Virus record (IMG/VR): IMGVR_UViG_3300021964_008614
Coordinates: 1 to 56,986 of that record
Direction: 5' to 3' (one strand)
From: a virus
Lineage: Duplodnaviria > Caudoviricetes
DNA length: 56,986 nucleotides
The number at the start of each line of letters is the position of its first letter. Within the stretch, counting starts at the first letter, position 1. Positions 10,162 through 23,900 of this stretch are shown piece after piece. A program made the position numbers and the translations under genes. The notes under the pieces were generated by a model. It did not search any database and was not told the origin of the DNA. It saw only the letters and a program-made list of their open reading frames with translations.

Positions 10162-12258
10162 TTATACGGCAGAACTCGCTCCGCTTGTATAAGTCCAAGA
10201 CCCTCCTGTTACAGTACAAGTAAGGACATATCTGTTTACTGTTAGTGTTACAGAACCGTTAACATCTGTAAATTCAACATCTTTTAATACATCTTCGTTT
10301 TCTTGTCCAGTTTCTGTTACTCTATTTGTGCTACCACTCGAAGCATCGTATGCAAAAGCACCGTCTGTGCTTGTATCAGCAGATACTTCGATTTGTGTTG
10401 AACTAACAATTCGTTCAATATTCCATGTTCCATTTAAATTAGCCCATGCAGTTCCTGTGTTGTATGTTGCTCCTGAAATAATAACATTACGTCCAGCATC
10501 ATACCCATGCACTGCATCTAATGTTAAAATTGTAGTTGCACCAGTTGTTACGCTGGTTATAGATCTTGTTGCAACTGTTACAGTTTTATCAACAGATACT
10601 GTGCTTTCTTCAAGAGCCGCGTTTAAATCTGCCGCGGCGAATGTTGCACTTGCACCAGTTTGTTCTGTGCCATGAATTTTAGCAATAGATCCGTTCTTTT
10701 TTGTGGATGCCGGGACAATTTCCTCAAGTAAAGTTTGAATATTTGCGGCAAACGTTGCACCACCATTCTGAACTGGATCATATCCCAGCCCTGTGATGTT
10801 AAGTGCTAATACAATACCTTCTCCATCAATAGCATCGTCGACATATTGTTTACTTGCGGCATCTGTTGAATTTACTGGAGTACCTAATCCTGTGATTCTA
10901 TTTGAGTTTTGTACTTCAATTACACCCGATGTACTTTCAATTTGTAAATTACCTACAGTCGAAGAAATTTTCTGTGCATCAATATTCACATTGTCAACAT
11001 TAAGTCCTGTTAAAGTTCCTATAGTTTGTAAATCAGGAGCACTTGTGATATAACTGAGTGCTGTTCCACTTAAGACTGTATTTCCATTTAGTTTATAACC
11101 TTGTGTACTATCATAATAGACATTTGCTGTCCATGCATTAGATGTAGATAGCCAATTGAATGTTTTGTCACCATCACTTGAAACCAGTGTTAATCCGCCA
11201 CCGTTTATTTCTGCATCTGGTTGTGCAGGATCTGCAAATCCAAGTTGCATATTTTTATCAGAAATTCTTACTTCTTCAACATCTGTTTGAAAGGTAGTTC
11301 CAGCAATAGTCATATTGCCTTGAACTCTCATGTCACCGCCAACATCTAAAGCAAATTGCGGATCACTTTCAAAAATACCAAGGTGCGAATCTAAAGTGTT
11401 AATTTTGATTGCCGCTACTGCGCCAGTTGATTTTCGTACTTTAAATTCTAAATTTCTATCACGCACTTGATTTTCAAAAATTGTATGATTTGCAACAATT
11501 TTTAAAACAATATTATCTTCTGGTCCTACTGTGATACCGCCATTGTTAATAGTAGTAATAGTTCCGTTGGTTACACCATTAGCATCTGTTGGTAAAAACT
11601 GTGAAGCATTTTTCTTAACGCCTTGAGCATTAATAATAGTATCAGCAGACGTTGCAGTGCCGTGGAATTTAAAGTCATCGTCAAGGACTGTGATACCTTT
11701 TTGTACTGTACCTGTAATTCCATTGATCGGATTACTTTCATCTGGAGTAAATGCAATTCTTGAAATTACTGCTTCGGTTTGTCCGCCTACATTTAAGTTA
11801 ACAAGTGTTCTATTTGTTTGAGTTGTATCAAGCACTGTTTCTGTTGAAAATCCTGATAGTCCTTCTGAACTTGCATACTGCGGACCAACCAGTACTAAGT
11901 CAGTACCATCATAAAAATATAGTTTGTTATTTTGATTGTCAATCCATAAATCACCTGCAACAAGTTGAGGTTGTGTAGGACTAACAATAGGACCACCCGC
12001 ACTTTTAAAAGTACTACCGTTCCAAATTTTTAATCTTGCTTCACTGCTATCGTACCATAGTTGTCCTGTTAACGGATTTGCTGGTGCTTGAGTATTTGAA
12101 AAATTTTCTAACATCTTAACGAAGTTTTCGTTAATGCTTTCACCAAATCCAGAATAATTTCTACCAATCAGCGATATGTCAGTTGTTTGTGTATTAAGTT
12201 GTCCGTCAACTAATTCTACTAACAAGTCTCCGTTAGTTTTGTTAATCTGATATGCCAT
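10162..12258 (-). CDS. Tail fibre-like protein
   Basis: Shared N-terminal module, ALDVGGD beta-repeat, DAASKQYVD coiled-stalk motif, Thr/Gly-rich. Confidence 0.7.
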   Translation of the reverse strand: MAYQINKTNGDLLVELVDGQLNTQTTDISLIGRNYSGFGESINENFVKMLENFSNTQAPANPLTGQLWYDSSEARLKIWNGSTFKSAGGPIVSPTQPQLVAGDLWIDNQNNKLYFYDGTDLVLVGPQYASSEGLSGFSTETVLDTTQTNRTLVNLNVGGQTEAVISRIAFTPDESNPINGITGTVQKGITVLDDDFKFHGTATSADTIINAQGVKKNASQFLPTDANGVTNGTITTINNGGITVGPEDNIVLKIVANHTIFENQVRDRNLEFKVRKSTGAVAAIKINTLDSHLGIFESDPQFALDVGGDMRVQGNMTIAGTTFQTDVEEVRISDKNMQLGFADPAQPDAEINGGGLTLVSSDGDKTFNWLSTSNAWTANVYYDSTQGYKLNGNTVLSGTALSYITSAPDLQTIGTLTGLNVDNVNIDAQKISSTVGNLQIESTSGVIEVQNSNRITGLGTPVNSTDAASKQYVDDAIDGEGIVLALNITGLGYDPVQNGGATFAANIQTLLEEIVPASTKKNGSIAKIHGTEQTGASATFAAADLNAALEESTVSVDKTVTVATRSITSVTTGATTILTLDAVHGYDAGRNVIISGATYNTGTAWANLNGTWNIERIVSSTQIEVSADTSTDGAFAYDASSGSTNRVTETGQENEDVLKDVEFTDVNGSVTLTVNRYVLTCTVTGGSWTYTSGASSAV

Positions 12259-14339
12259 TAGTTTGCCCCCGTGTAGATTATGTAATTAACAGCCAAGTAT
12301 GGGTTCATAACATCAAAGTTTTGACCAACCGGTGTGTTGTTTACAACACCTCCTGAGAATGGAAATTTTTGACCTGCATTACTTCCTGTTGGTGCATCTG
12401 CTACAGTAGCATCTGAATCAACTGGTGTGCCTTGAACGTCTCTTGTTGCATAATATTGTGTACCACTTGGTCCACGTAAATCGTGTTCGTGTTCTGGTAA
12501 GTTTTCAACTTCAATTAATTTTTTATCAACACCTGCTGTACCGCCAAGGGTATCAGCGTTTTCATTTGTAACTCTGTTTGCTGATCCTTGTGTAGTACCC
12601 ATATTATCCATACCTAATGGAAATCTTCCACGTAAATCTGGTAATGCAAATTTACCAATTGTTGGATTTGCTTTATATCTTGTACCAATAATAAGATGTA
12701 GATCTGTATAATCAACAATGAATACCTCTCTACCATCGCAAGGTAACCAGCCTGCTAACTTTAATTCTTGTTCTCTTGCTGTTGTCATTTCGCCTGCATA
12801 TGGTGTAATAATACCAATTGGATTAACCGGTAATGATGCAAATAAATTACTTCTTGAAATTTTCTTAACACCTGTACCGCTTCCATTTTCGTCATTGACT
12901 CTATTGATTAAGATTTCGTCATCAAACCTTGACGTTGGTACTGCTTGTTTATTTGTAATAAATGTACTGTTAACTGTTATATCAAAGTTTTTAACAAGAG
13001 TAGTTTCTCCTGGAGCAGTATATTGTCCGTCATAAATTACATCTGGTGCTGTTACATCTCCAGTTACTCTAAATGTAGTTCTACTTGCAAGTTTGTCTGA
13101 ACTTCCCGAACGTCCTGTAACAGTTCCAGTAACGTTACCTACTAAGTTTGCTCTTACTGTATTTGCATTAATTTCAGCAAATTTTAATACTGTACTACCA
13201 ATGTTAACTGAATTTGTTGTATCTGGTAAAATTGTTCCACCAAACGTACTATCACCGCCTACCTCTAATTGGTTTCCGATTCTTGCACTTTTAGCAACAC
13301 CAAGTCCGCCTTTTGTTATGATAGAACCTGTACCAGTATTAACTGCTTCTGCGATTCCATTAATAACAATATTGTTAGAAACAATAGCATTACCGGTTAC
13401 ATCTAAGGCTTCTTGAGGTGATAAGTTGTTGATACCAACTTTTTGTGTTGAATCAATTCTTAGTACCGGTTGTAAGTTTCCTGCATTGTTTATACGCAGG
13501 TCAATATTTGCACCTGACGTGTTATTTGAAATAATGGCATTTTGTCCTTCAATACCAATTTGTAAAGTAGCATCACTACCAATTGATACACCTGAGTTGT
13601 TTCTAACTGTTAATGCTTGACTTGAAACTGAAGGTTTGTCGCCTCTTAAGAAGTTTGATGCAGGAACAGGTTCTGTTTCGCCTGGAATGATTAATGCTTC
13701 TGCTTTTTCTGCAACACCAAAATATTTTGAAATACCTGAGCCTGTAATATCTGCACTACTCATATTGAAACCAGGTTTAATTGTTGTAAATCCTGTAATA
13801 GTTGATTTAGGTGTAAATGCACTTGTAGCATAAATTGCTAATACTTTGCCGCCAATCTCAACTTGTAGTGCTGTGTAATTTACGTTGTTAGTTCCAGTAA
13901 GTGTTGTTGGTCTAACACCTGCCGCCAGTCCATCGCTAAATTCCGGACCTACAAGAATCCAACCCGAACCAGTAAACAAATATAGTTGCTGATTGTCTGT
14001 ATCGGTCCATAGGTCACCTGCTACTGAATTAGCAACATCTGGTGCTGATTCGCCTCGTTTTAATCCGCCGGCTTCAATCCAGTTAGTGCCATCATAAAGT
14101 TTAAGTAAATTAACACCAATAGAGGTATCATACCACAATTGGCCTTCAATAGGTCTTGCTGGTGCTGAATTATTTGCAAAATTTTCTAATAATTGTAAAA
14201 GGTTCTGACCAATTAGTGTACCGTAATCCGTTGTGAATCTTCCCGGAATTCTTAACGAAGTAGTAGTATCAACTGTATTATCTTCAATGACAATACTACC
14301 TTTGTTAGTTATGTCTGTGTAATTAATAGTATATGCCAT
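12258..14339 (-). CDS. Short tail fibre-like protein with tail collar domain
   Basis: Collar motif PIGIITPYAG...GWLPCDG...FALPDLRGRFPLG, then NLPEHEH and C-terminal MNPYLAVNYIIYTG. Confidence 0.8.
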   Translation of the reverse strand: MAYTINYTDITNKGSIVIEDNTVDTTTSLRIPGRFTTDYGTLIGQNLLQLLENFANNSAPARPIEGQLWYDTSIGVNLLKLYDGTNWIEAGGLKRGESAPDVANSVAGDLWTDTDNQQLYLFTGSGWILVGPEFSDGLAAGVRPTTLTGTNNVNYTALQVEIGGKVLAIYATSAFTPKSTITGFTTIKPGFNMSSADITGSGISKYFGVAEKAEALIIPGETEPVPASNFLRGDKPSVSSQALTVRNNSGVSIGSDATLQIGIEGQNAIISNNTSGANIDLRINNAGNLQPVLRIDSTQKVGINNLSPQEALDVTGNAIVSNNIVINGIAEAVNTGTGSIITKGGLGVAKSARIGNQLEVGGDSTFGGTILPDTTNSVNIGSTVLKFAEINANTVRANLVGNVTGTVTGRSGSSDKLASRTTFRVTGDVTAPDVIYDGQYTAPGETTLVKNFDITVNSTFITNKQAVPTSRFDDEILINRVNDENGSGTGVKKISRSNLFASLPVNPIGIITPYAGEMTTAREQELKLAGWLPCDGREVFIVDYTDLHLIIGTRYKANPTIGKFALPDLRGRFPLGMDNMGTTQGSANRVTNENADTLGGTAGVDKKLIEVENLPEHEHDLRGPSGTQYYATRDVQGTPVDSDATVADAPTGSNAGQKFPFSGGVVNNTPVGQNFDVMNPYLAVNYIIYTGAN

Positions 14340-14343
14340 TTAA

Positions 14344-14958
14344 TTACCCCTCGTTAAAACCGGTTAATGATTGTACTCTAACTGTATAGTCAATTTGAAT
14401 TAATCTGTTTAAACTTTTTTGTACCGGGTGGAAAATTACGTGTGTTAGTAATCTACCTGTTCCAGTTGGACTGTAACTTACAAGACCTAATTCATCAAAC
14501 ACATATTGACTCTCGGTGCTTGTTGCTGTATCATTTGCTTCTTGTCCATTTGGTTCACCGTAATCAAGTAAACATTGCACAATAATATCTGTGTAATTTG
14601 TACCAGTAACATGTCTTGTTTCAATTTTGTTTCTGTTAGGGTCAACATTGTTGACTGACTGATCGTCTACAATTTTCTTATATGTTTCGTTGTATAAACT
14701 TGCATTTGTACCTGTTGAATTTGGAGTTAGGTATGTAATAATGCCTGTAGGATCAACGCTTGTACCACCGTTTCCAAATGCCATTTCGTATACAAATCCT
14801 TGCCCTGCATTAGCAAGGGATTCAGCAAGTGCTATACTCATATTCTCATAATGAATTGCATTGCGTTTATCAATGATTACTTCTTTAGTTTCAGGGTCAG
14901 ATATCTTAATGTGTCCCTGTACTAATACTCCGTTTTTGTCTAATAAGTTGTCTGTCAT
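14344..14958 (-). CDS. Virion structural protein (baseplate-associated)
   Basis: 204-aa ORF inside the tail module. MAFGNGG, FDELGL and THVIFHPVQKS resemble phage baseplate/fibre-attachment proteins. Confidence 0.55.
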   Translation of the reverse strand: MTDNLLDKNGVLVQGHIKISDPETKEVIIDKRNAIHYENMSIALAESLANAGQGFVYEMAFGNGGTSVDPTGIITYLTPNSTGTNASLYNETYKKIVDDQSVNNVDPNRNKIETRHVTGTNYTDIIVQCLLDYGEPNGQEANDTATSTESQYVFDELGLVSYSPTGTGRLLTHVIFHPVQKSLNRLIQIDYTVRVQSLTGFNEG

Positions 14959-14975
14959 TTTGTTATCCTACATTG

Positions 14976-14983
14976 TATTTATT
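14976..14983 (-). promoter_or_regulatory. T4-type late promoter (AATAAATA)
   Basis: Overlaps the stop codon of the giant gene, upstream of 14958. Confidence 0.55.
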
Positions 14984-17900
14984 TAGGTAAGTCAACCTCT
15001 TCCGCTCTTAAGAACTGTGCGATTGCATTTTCCGTCTTACCTAAGGTTTTTCCTGGTTCATTCCAAATTTTACCAATTTTTCTAACGATAGTAATGCGTA
15101 CACCGTCTGCTGGAGCAGTAGTAATAGTTAGTATATTTGGCGAACTAATACTAAACTCTGCTGGTGCTGTTACATCACCTTCTGGGGAATCTTGATCTAC
15201 TGTTGGGTCAAACGTTAAAATTGCTGTTTTTCTTAATCGTCTGCCGCCTACAAATACCTCAAATTCATTAACACTATCTGGTTCCCAGTCCAGATTAAAC
15301 GTTTTTGTACATCCATCACCGTTATAAGTGTTTACTAAAGTTTGATCTTGGTACGGAACTGTTTGTTGGAATCCTTGATCAAATAACTGATCTCCAACAT
15401 TATGTATCTCTTTAACTCCAGTACCCATTGTACCTCTACGAAGTTGTTGTAAACTATTACCATCTTTTACAAAATACTCAATACGCTCACCATTAATAAA
15501 CAATACACCCGGTGTATTACTTTCTTTTTCAGGTACAAACATCTTAGATGCATCATCTACAATTATTTCTTTGTCAAAAATCTTGAGATCTTTTGCTAAT
15601 CTGTAACTATTACTATCACCCAAGCGTTTGTATACAGTTCTATTAAGCATATCTTTAAATTGTCTGTAACCAAATTTAGAAACTGTTGGTCCGTCTTCTG
15701 CAAACTGGATTAACTCAATTACGTCGTTTGCATCTAATGGTTGTGCCATTCTAACAAAAAGTTTGTCATTGGTTACTTTATAATCAACACTTGGGGTTTG
15801 TAATTTTCCATTAAGAATAACCCAAACATATTCGGCATCGATTGTTGGACGTTGCAATCTAATTAATCCTGCAAGTAGATGATTGTACTCAATATCACCA
15901 GCACTTTCAAATTGTACTGTTGTTCTGGTAACTATGTCATAGTTTTTACGATCAATTTGTTGAATATCGTGATTACTAAAATGTGTTACGCTAATCAACG
16001 TATTTTCTGTAGGTACTGTATCTAATGTTAATGTGTTTCCACTAACCGTGTACTCCCCGTCTGTGGTTACAAATATTTCAAGTTTATCACCTTGCTGGGC
16101 AACGTTCTCAAAAATTTCTACGCTTGAATTTGCTGGACGGAAAATAAAGTCTGAAGTATATGTTAATTGTCTACCGTTGAGTAATACGATAATATCATCA
16201 GCACCTAATGTACCGCCAGGCTGTTGCCAGTTACGTAGTTGATATTCTATTCTATTATCAATAGTAAATTTTTCATTGTAACCTGCATTAAGAATGTTGT
16301 CACCAACTTTTACAATCAAGTTATGACTTGCAGGTAAACTACTAAACGGAGTAATGCTTAATTCATAACTTGCACTGCTTCCATCTGCAACTAAGTTGTC
16401 TGTTTTAATTTCACTAAATGTCTGTGCTTCACTTGCATAAATTGCGTAGTTAATGACAGCATTGTCTGTTGGTGGTGCACCAAAACTAATAACTGTTTTA
16501 TTTGCAGTATCATAAGAACTATCTGTAGTTTCTAATATGTAGTTTACTTTTTCACCATTTACTGTTACAATGCTTGATAAATTTTCTTTCCAATCAACTT
16601 GTGTAACAAATTGTAGTGTTGATCCGTCGCCATCAAATGTATCCATATCAAGGATACCTTCACCGTTGCCACTCATTGTAACAATGTTTATACGTGAATT
16701 ATTTGCAGGTGCTGTTGTAAATGTTAGTTCTTTGTTTTTATAATTAACAGTATAATCAGAAACAATAACATTGTTAACCTTAACAAAAATTGCATCGTTA
16801 GTTTGAGGTAATCCAGTAAACTTGTAAGTTGTTGCTGTTCCGTTTGCAACATAGGAAACACTTTCAATAATACTTCCGCCTTCTCCTACTCTATCGTACA
16901 CTTTAATATCTAATGTATCTAAAACTTGTCCTGGAACTAATTCTTCTGGTCCTTTTGAAGTTGTAGGTGTTACGAATCCGTCACCGTCGATATTAATATC
17001 TTCTGGATTCAATCCTGTTGCTGTTGAATAAGCAAGATCGCCACCGGTTACAATAGTATCGTATGCTCTTGGATCAGGAATAAATGATCCGTCTGATGTA
17101 TTTTTACGAATTACAATTACATCTCCACTTTGTGTCGAAACAACTTCTTCGTCAAATTTAATAACTGTTGATTCTACTTCTGTGCCATCGTCGGTTAAAA
17201 TAAATCCTGTTTGTCCTGCACCAATAATACTTGGGATTAATGCGTCTGGATTTGTAGGATTACTTGGGTAGTTTGGATCGTCAATTCTTGTGCCATTCTT
17301 GTAAACGTTGTAAGTAATACCTGTTTCAAGTGGTTGAGCAAAATCATATACTTTTGTACTGTCGTCACCTAATCTAAATACCTCATCTTCATATGTGTTA
17401 TCGTATGTGTCATACGCAGACGTAAACCATTCGTCGGCATCCCAACCAGAACCTCCACCAAAGTTAAAACTCTTGACTTGAACACCACCATAATCAATAC
17501 CATCTAATAACTGACCTAAATCATTAGCAATCATTCCTGTTTGTGGATTATAAAACAAATTAATTCTATCTGCGGCAGTTAGTAGAGATATATCCTTTTT
17601 ATACTCAATTTTGATATTAAGATTGTTAGCAGGCGGAGTATCAAACGTGATTTGTGCTATTTTTCTTTTATGGGTTCTACCTACACTATCTTCTATATTT
17701 TCAATAGTATATCTACTTGGTAGAATTTCTAAATCACCCACTGTAATCTTTATTTTATCTGTTCTAACATCTGCAGGCCACTTTAATTTATATGTAAATT
17801 TGCTTCCCGATCCTACAAAGTTTTCTATTTCATCAAGTGTAGTAATAAAGAATGTACCTGTAACCCTATCAAACTTAACATTCATATGTGTTGTTCTTAG

Positions 17901-20900
17901 ATTTGTATTACCGATTACCGAACTTACTTTTGCAACTCTGCCGCCGTCTGCTGTTGAACCATTTAGCACAACTGATGGTGCACCCAAGTATCCTGTTCCA
18001 GGATTATCAATTTTTATTTCAGTAATTTTACCTCCGCCGACGTATGCTGTTGCTTTTGCTCCAGTGCCGCCGCCACCTACAAATTCTACACCTGGTGCGT
18101 TTTCATAGCCACTACCTGCATCAGCAATATTAATTCCTGTAATTTGATAACTTGCATTATCTAACCAATGTTTGAATGGATAAGAATTAATTACATTACT
18201 TGCTACTTTTAATTCATTATTCTGTACTACAACATTTTGCGGTAAAATTCTTCCTGCTTGTTCGTCATATACTGCTGGTAAATCGAAATCTGTAACCATT
18301 GTTTGAGAGTTATCAGTACCCTCGTATGTGCTGAGATATTCTCTAATTTTTGTTTTATAAGGTTTAACCTCATTTGTATATGCTTCATAACTTTCTAAGA
18401 AATCATTATTAAACGTAACATCTTTTCTTAATGCACCAATATTGTGTTTTGCTTTTACAAACGAAGTTTTAAACATCCAATCAACAAACGGTTGTTCTGC
18501 TAATACATAACGCATTTGTGCAAAAAATAGTTCGTTGTAATGAACTGCTAAATTATCAATTAAAATTTTATCTCTTAATGTTTCAAGAATAATTCTTAAT
18601 TCGTCAACTGGTTGTAAATCAAATGCATTGTCGTCATATCCAAAACTATCAAAACCTACTGTCTCGTTTGAATAGTCGTAAATAGATTTTGATAATTGTA
18701 TAGTAGCGTTTTGTCTACCAATAGTTTCATAATTTACTGTGTAATCAACGTTTGCTTGATCGTCAATCTTTCTAAGTAACAACCAGCCTCCTGATCCTAC
18801 AGAATTAATTTTAACAATATCTCCAAATGTATCGGCTAATGATTCTAATTCATATGTTTCGTCAATTATATAATCTGCTTTTGTTAAATTGTTATATCCT
18901 GTAGTATACCAATCTGCATAATTCCAATAAGGTTGTACATCGTATCTTTGACTTGCCACTCTGTTCCACGGATTTATTCCGCCTTGGTATTCATAAAGTG
19001 ACCATTTGTTTGCAAAACTTGCATCAACAGTAGTAAGGACTGTAAAGTTTCTTACTGTTATTGTGTCGCTTTGCTGATAATTTGTACCCGAATTTACTAT
19101 TGATGCACTTGTGACTGCGCCTACATTGTTGATTTCTAATCGAACTTCAGCACCTTCGCCTGTGGCGCTATTAATTTTTATTGTAGGAACAGTTTTGTAT
19201 CCTCTGCCCGGATTAGTAATATCAACTCTTAGAATTTTGCCATCTTGTATTGTAGCAGACAATGTTGCACGTCGAACTCTACCTACAGCAACAAATTCTA
19301 ATTCTGCATTAGAATCAATTTGAACATCATATCTTCTTGATGCTACTGTTGGAATTGGATCATTACTTGTAAGATCACTTAAATCAAAATCATCAATTAT
19401 AATATTTTTGATTAAAACACTGTTGACTCGTTCAACTAATTGTTTTAGGGCTTCTACTCTGTTAACAAACATTGTTTGTCTTGGTGTATTTAAAATACCA
19501 TAGCGTTCTTTTTCGCCTAAGAATCTATCTGGAACTTCTCTACCTTGTTCGTCATATCCAATTAAACTATCATACCATTTGCGTTCAAAGTCGGATTTAG
19601 GAACACTTGTTTCTAACCCATCTGTAATTATTCTGTACTGATTGTGAATATTTTTTTCAATATTACCAATAGTCCAATAACTAAATTTAAGTACTGTAGA
19701 TAGACCTTTAATTGTGCTTTCTAAATTGTGTGCAGTCCATTCATTGTTACTAAGTAAAGAAATATACTTGTAACCTTGTGCAGAAGGATCTCTAATTAAT
19801 TCTTGTACATCAGAACTACTAATTGTTCTGCCTGGTACATCTGGTACTGTTTTTTTATTACGTACCCAGAAGTAATAATATGTAGTAAACTTTTGTGCAG
19901 GTTCATCGTATATGCGTTTAGTACAGTATGCGTTCATACCATACTTGGTTGTACCGCTTATTCCTAAAGCAAGTCCTTCTTCCGAGTCTGCTTGATTGTC
20001 CCAGACTTCAGGAGATATTTTAGATTCAACCCACTCGTAAACTTCTACTTCTGTACCAGGAAATATTGTATTCATTGTATTGCTTACATTAAAAATATTT
20101 CCTGTGTTACTATAAGGATTAATAAATCTTACAGCATCAGTGTCCCACCATAGTTTACCAACCATTTCTTTGGCTGTAAAATGTGTAGTATCCTTGTTTA
20201 CCAGTGTTGTTTCTGCGTTGTTATAAGTTGCAGGATCAAATGAAGTTTTAAAAGATAATTCTACTTCTGCCTGGCCTGCAATTTTTCCTTGTAACGGATC
20301 AATATAATCTAAATATTCTTCAACAGTTTTAGTGTCTTTGTTATAGATAGTAATACCTTTAATTTTTTCTACATCAACTAACGGTCTTGCATTACGTTTT
20401 CTTTCCCACAATTTACTGTTAAGTTTTACTCTGTAATCTAATAAGGCGCCTTGAGCATTATTTGAGTCTCTTTTATACTGAGGTAAACAAACATATATGT
20501 GATTGCCTTTTAGCAACATTGTTTTACCAAAATATAAAGTTTTTCTATCTGCAAATTCTAACTTGTCACTATAAACATATCTATTACCTAATAGTTCAAA
20601 TACAAATACTTCTCCTGTATCAACTAATGTTGATGTAAAGTATGTAGTACCGTTATCGAATACTGTAGTACCTGTATCAAAGTTTGTGTTACTAAACAAG
20701 TCGCCGCCTGCTGAGTGTACAACAATTCTATCATTGTCATATTTGACTACTGTACCGAATTTTTCATTAGGTAGTCCTTTTGGTCCTGTTAAGTGTTGTA
20801 CTTGTGTAAATCTACCATCTACTTGTTCATAAATGAATACTGTACCTTCGTTTGAATATTTTGCAGAATAATTAGGAGCACCTACTGCAATAAACTTACC

Positions 20901-23900
20901 ATCAGTGCTTACTGCTACAGATTCGCCATAATTAATATCTGCTAAGGGCGAATCAATCATTTGATCAAATACGTAATGTCCTAATAATGATTTTCTATAG
21001 ATTACTAATTTTCTTGTTGCTATTGAACTATCAACTGTATCACCATATTTTACAATCGTTGCTAAAACATCGCCTGTAAAACTTACATCAAACTGTGTTC
21101 CAAACTCGTATAAATTTTCTGTTTCAATTGCACTATCTGTTCCTGTAATGAATCCGGTATTATTTGGCAAAAATCCATTAAGGTCAACACCTGTTAAAAT
21201 TTGTTCCCAATCATTTACATTAAAAGTGCCTGCAATCAGATTTGTTTTTGCTTGATATACTTGATTGTTTATTTTAACATATTCACCTTCAAAATATGAT
21301 ACATTTACTTGAAAGTCGCCTCTGTAATTATCATCAGCACCAAGTTTCCAACCTCCACTTGCTGTCCAATTTAAAATATTAATTCTTCCAGGTTGATCAA
21401 AAGTGCCATTTCCTTTACTTAATATATAAGCAGAGTATGTATTGTTTGTATGGCTTACTATTTTTATTTCACTTCCAAGATATCTATCTGCTTCGACATC
21501 TGGTGTTACATATATGTTTTCTAATGTATAAAAATTACTTGCGTTTCTCTGATAAACTGCATAAGCACCTTGACGTTGTAATCCGCTTGAAGTACCATTG
21601 GTATCGGCTGGAATATTATAAACACGTTGCCAGTCATTGTTTGTTTTTGCAGGAGGGTTTGCATCTCTTGCGATTCCATCCAATAGAATTGATTTGTAAA
21701 CCCAATATTCAAAACCTTGTAATGTACGACTTGTACCTCTCGGAAGATTAACTCCCCTGTCAACAACTACAATAAATCCTGCTGTAGTTGATTGTAAGTT
21801 TACAGTATCAGTTGTACCTATAAGACGAAGTACTCCTTGTCCTTGTGATCCCCCAACAATACTTGCACTTGAAATTGCTCCATTGATGTTCCCCAACTTC
21901 CATGTGCCTGTAACATTTTTTACCCACACTCGTAAATCATTAAAAGTTTTTTCAACATATGTTACTTCTGCTGTTGCAAGTGTATCATTGTCTTGAATTG
22001 TATCTCCAACTATCGGAACAAACGGATTACCATAATTAGGATTGTAATCCGGATCTCCTGGTGTCGGTGATCCTCTGTCGTCAAAGTTTGTAAGATTAAT
22101 TTCAATCCAGCCGTCCCATAGATCATTAATTGTGTGTTCTGTATTATTCAAATAGTCGTGTGTGATAACACTTGAAATAACGCTTGGGTCCTGTAGTATT
22201 CCGTCTGTATTTCTATATTCGTTAAAGAAGAAATTAAAAGTTTCTCCTACTGCTAAATTATTATCCAATGACCTTGGTGCTCTAAATACCCATTTATCTG
22301 CAATCTCATCACCGTTGTCGCCGGTATAAGTTAATGTTTCAATATAAGAGGTAATTGTAGGTGATGTTTGCGGATCAGTAATCCTTAAAACATTTTCATA
22401 ATAGTTTGGTGTTCTACTTACTCCTGCTTGAATTACATCTTGTATTACAAGGTATGGCTTAGTTTCAATTGTTGCTGTTGATTGGAATGTGCCACCAACA
22501 TCAATTTTCCACCAACCACCCAGTGCTTCATCGTCTTGTTCTACTGCTCTTTCGTATGCACCTATTGAAATATCTCCAACAAATAAATTTCCTGTTGATT
22601 CAAAGTCACCGTTTGCATCTTTAATATAAATTAATGTTCTATTATCGCCAGTTGTGTATCTAAATGCAACAACACCAACTGCTGTTGAACTTGAAATAAC
22701 ATCGTTAACACTTGGAATAGCCTGTGTATTATCTACTAATAAGATATCATCGATTTTTTCTGTAATAGTGTGATTACCATCAAAGAATTGTTTATTAAGT
22801 GTTGGATCACCATTAAACGGTTGTACGCCGCTTGGATATCTTGTGTTGATATCGTTCCAAAATAATTGCAAAGAATCTCCCGGAGTTGTAGCAACATAGG
22901 CAAGTCTTGGCGCTCTAATTAATACATGATCTGTAGTTTCTTCTTGGAATAAGAAGTTGCCTCTTAAGATGTAATAGATATTATCATATTGTTGAGTTTC
23001 AGCATCATACGTTCCAATTAAATGTCTTATGTGGGAACTAAAACTTTGAAAATCTAAACTTGGATCTGTAGGCTCTATAATGTTTTTAGCCTTCCAATAT
23101 TGATTAGTATACTTTACAATTTCGTCTTTCTGATAAACTTGTCCTGAATTAAATTGTCCTTTATATTTTGTTTTGACATTTGAAGCATATGGTAAGCCTA
23201 CAAAAAGCCATTTTGCATCTGAACTCAATGCTGTTGCTCTTCCAAAACTATTTTCTCCATCTAAGAAGTTTATAGGACAATCAATTGTCTGGGCTAATAC
23301 CAGTCTGATATTTTCTCCTGGTCTAAAGTGTACATCAACTCTACCGTTTACTGTTGATGATGGTGAACCTACTGCTACAGTCGTATTATTTGCATTAGAA
23401 CTAATACTTGTTCCAAATGCTCTTTGGTCTGTACCCAACAATCCTTCTACTGTACTGTTGTAGATTGTTTGTTCTAATCTATGTGCATTAGTATTTTCTA
23501 CAACCGTCCATCTATTATTTTCATCGTAATCAACCCAAACACGTTCCTGAGTTGAATAGTTATCTCTTGTAATTTTTTCGTTAACATCTGTAAGTGTTTG
23601 TACGCGAGAACTTACAAGTTTTAAAATAAATCCGTCTACTTCTGTAGCATCTTCAACTTCGCCAGTAGTTTCTGCATAGATAACATTTAAACTTACTCTT
23701 AATACTTTATAAAATCTATTTTGTTTTTCGCCTACACCTAATATACCAATAATGTCATCTTTATCAACTGTTGGTGCTTTACGTGTTTTAATTTCAATTG
23801 ATTTAGAACTGTCACTATTAACAATATCTGTGACCTTCATTTCTGTTTCAGTTTGGCGTAATACGTCCCAAGTTTGACCTTTTTGTGCAACCCAAATATA

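Noticed and set aside
8650-14339. Diversity-generating retroelement acting on the fibre tips
   Set aside because: No reverse transcriptase or template/variable repeat pair is seen in the window.
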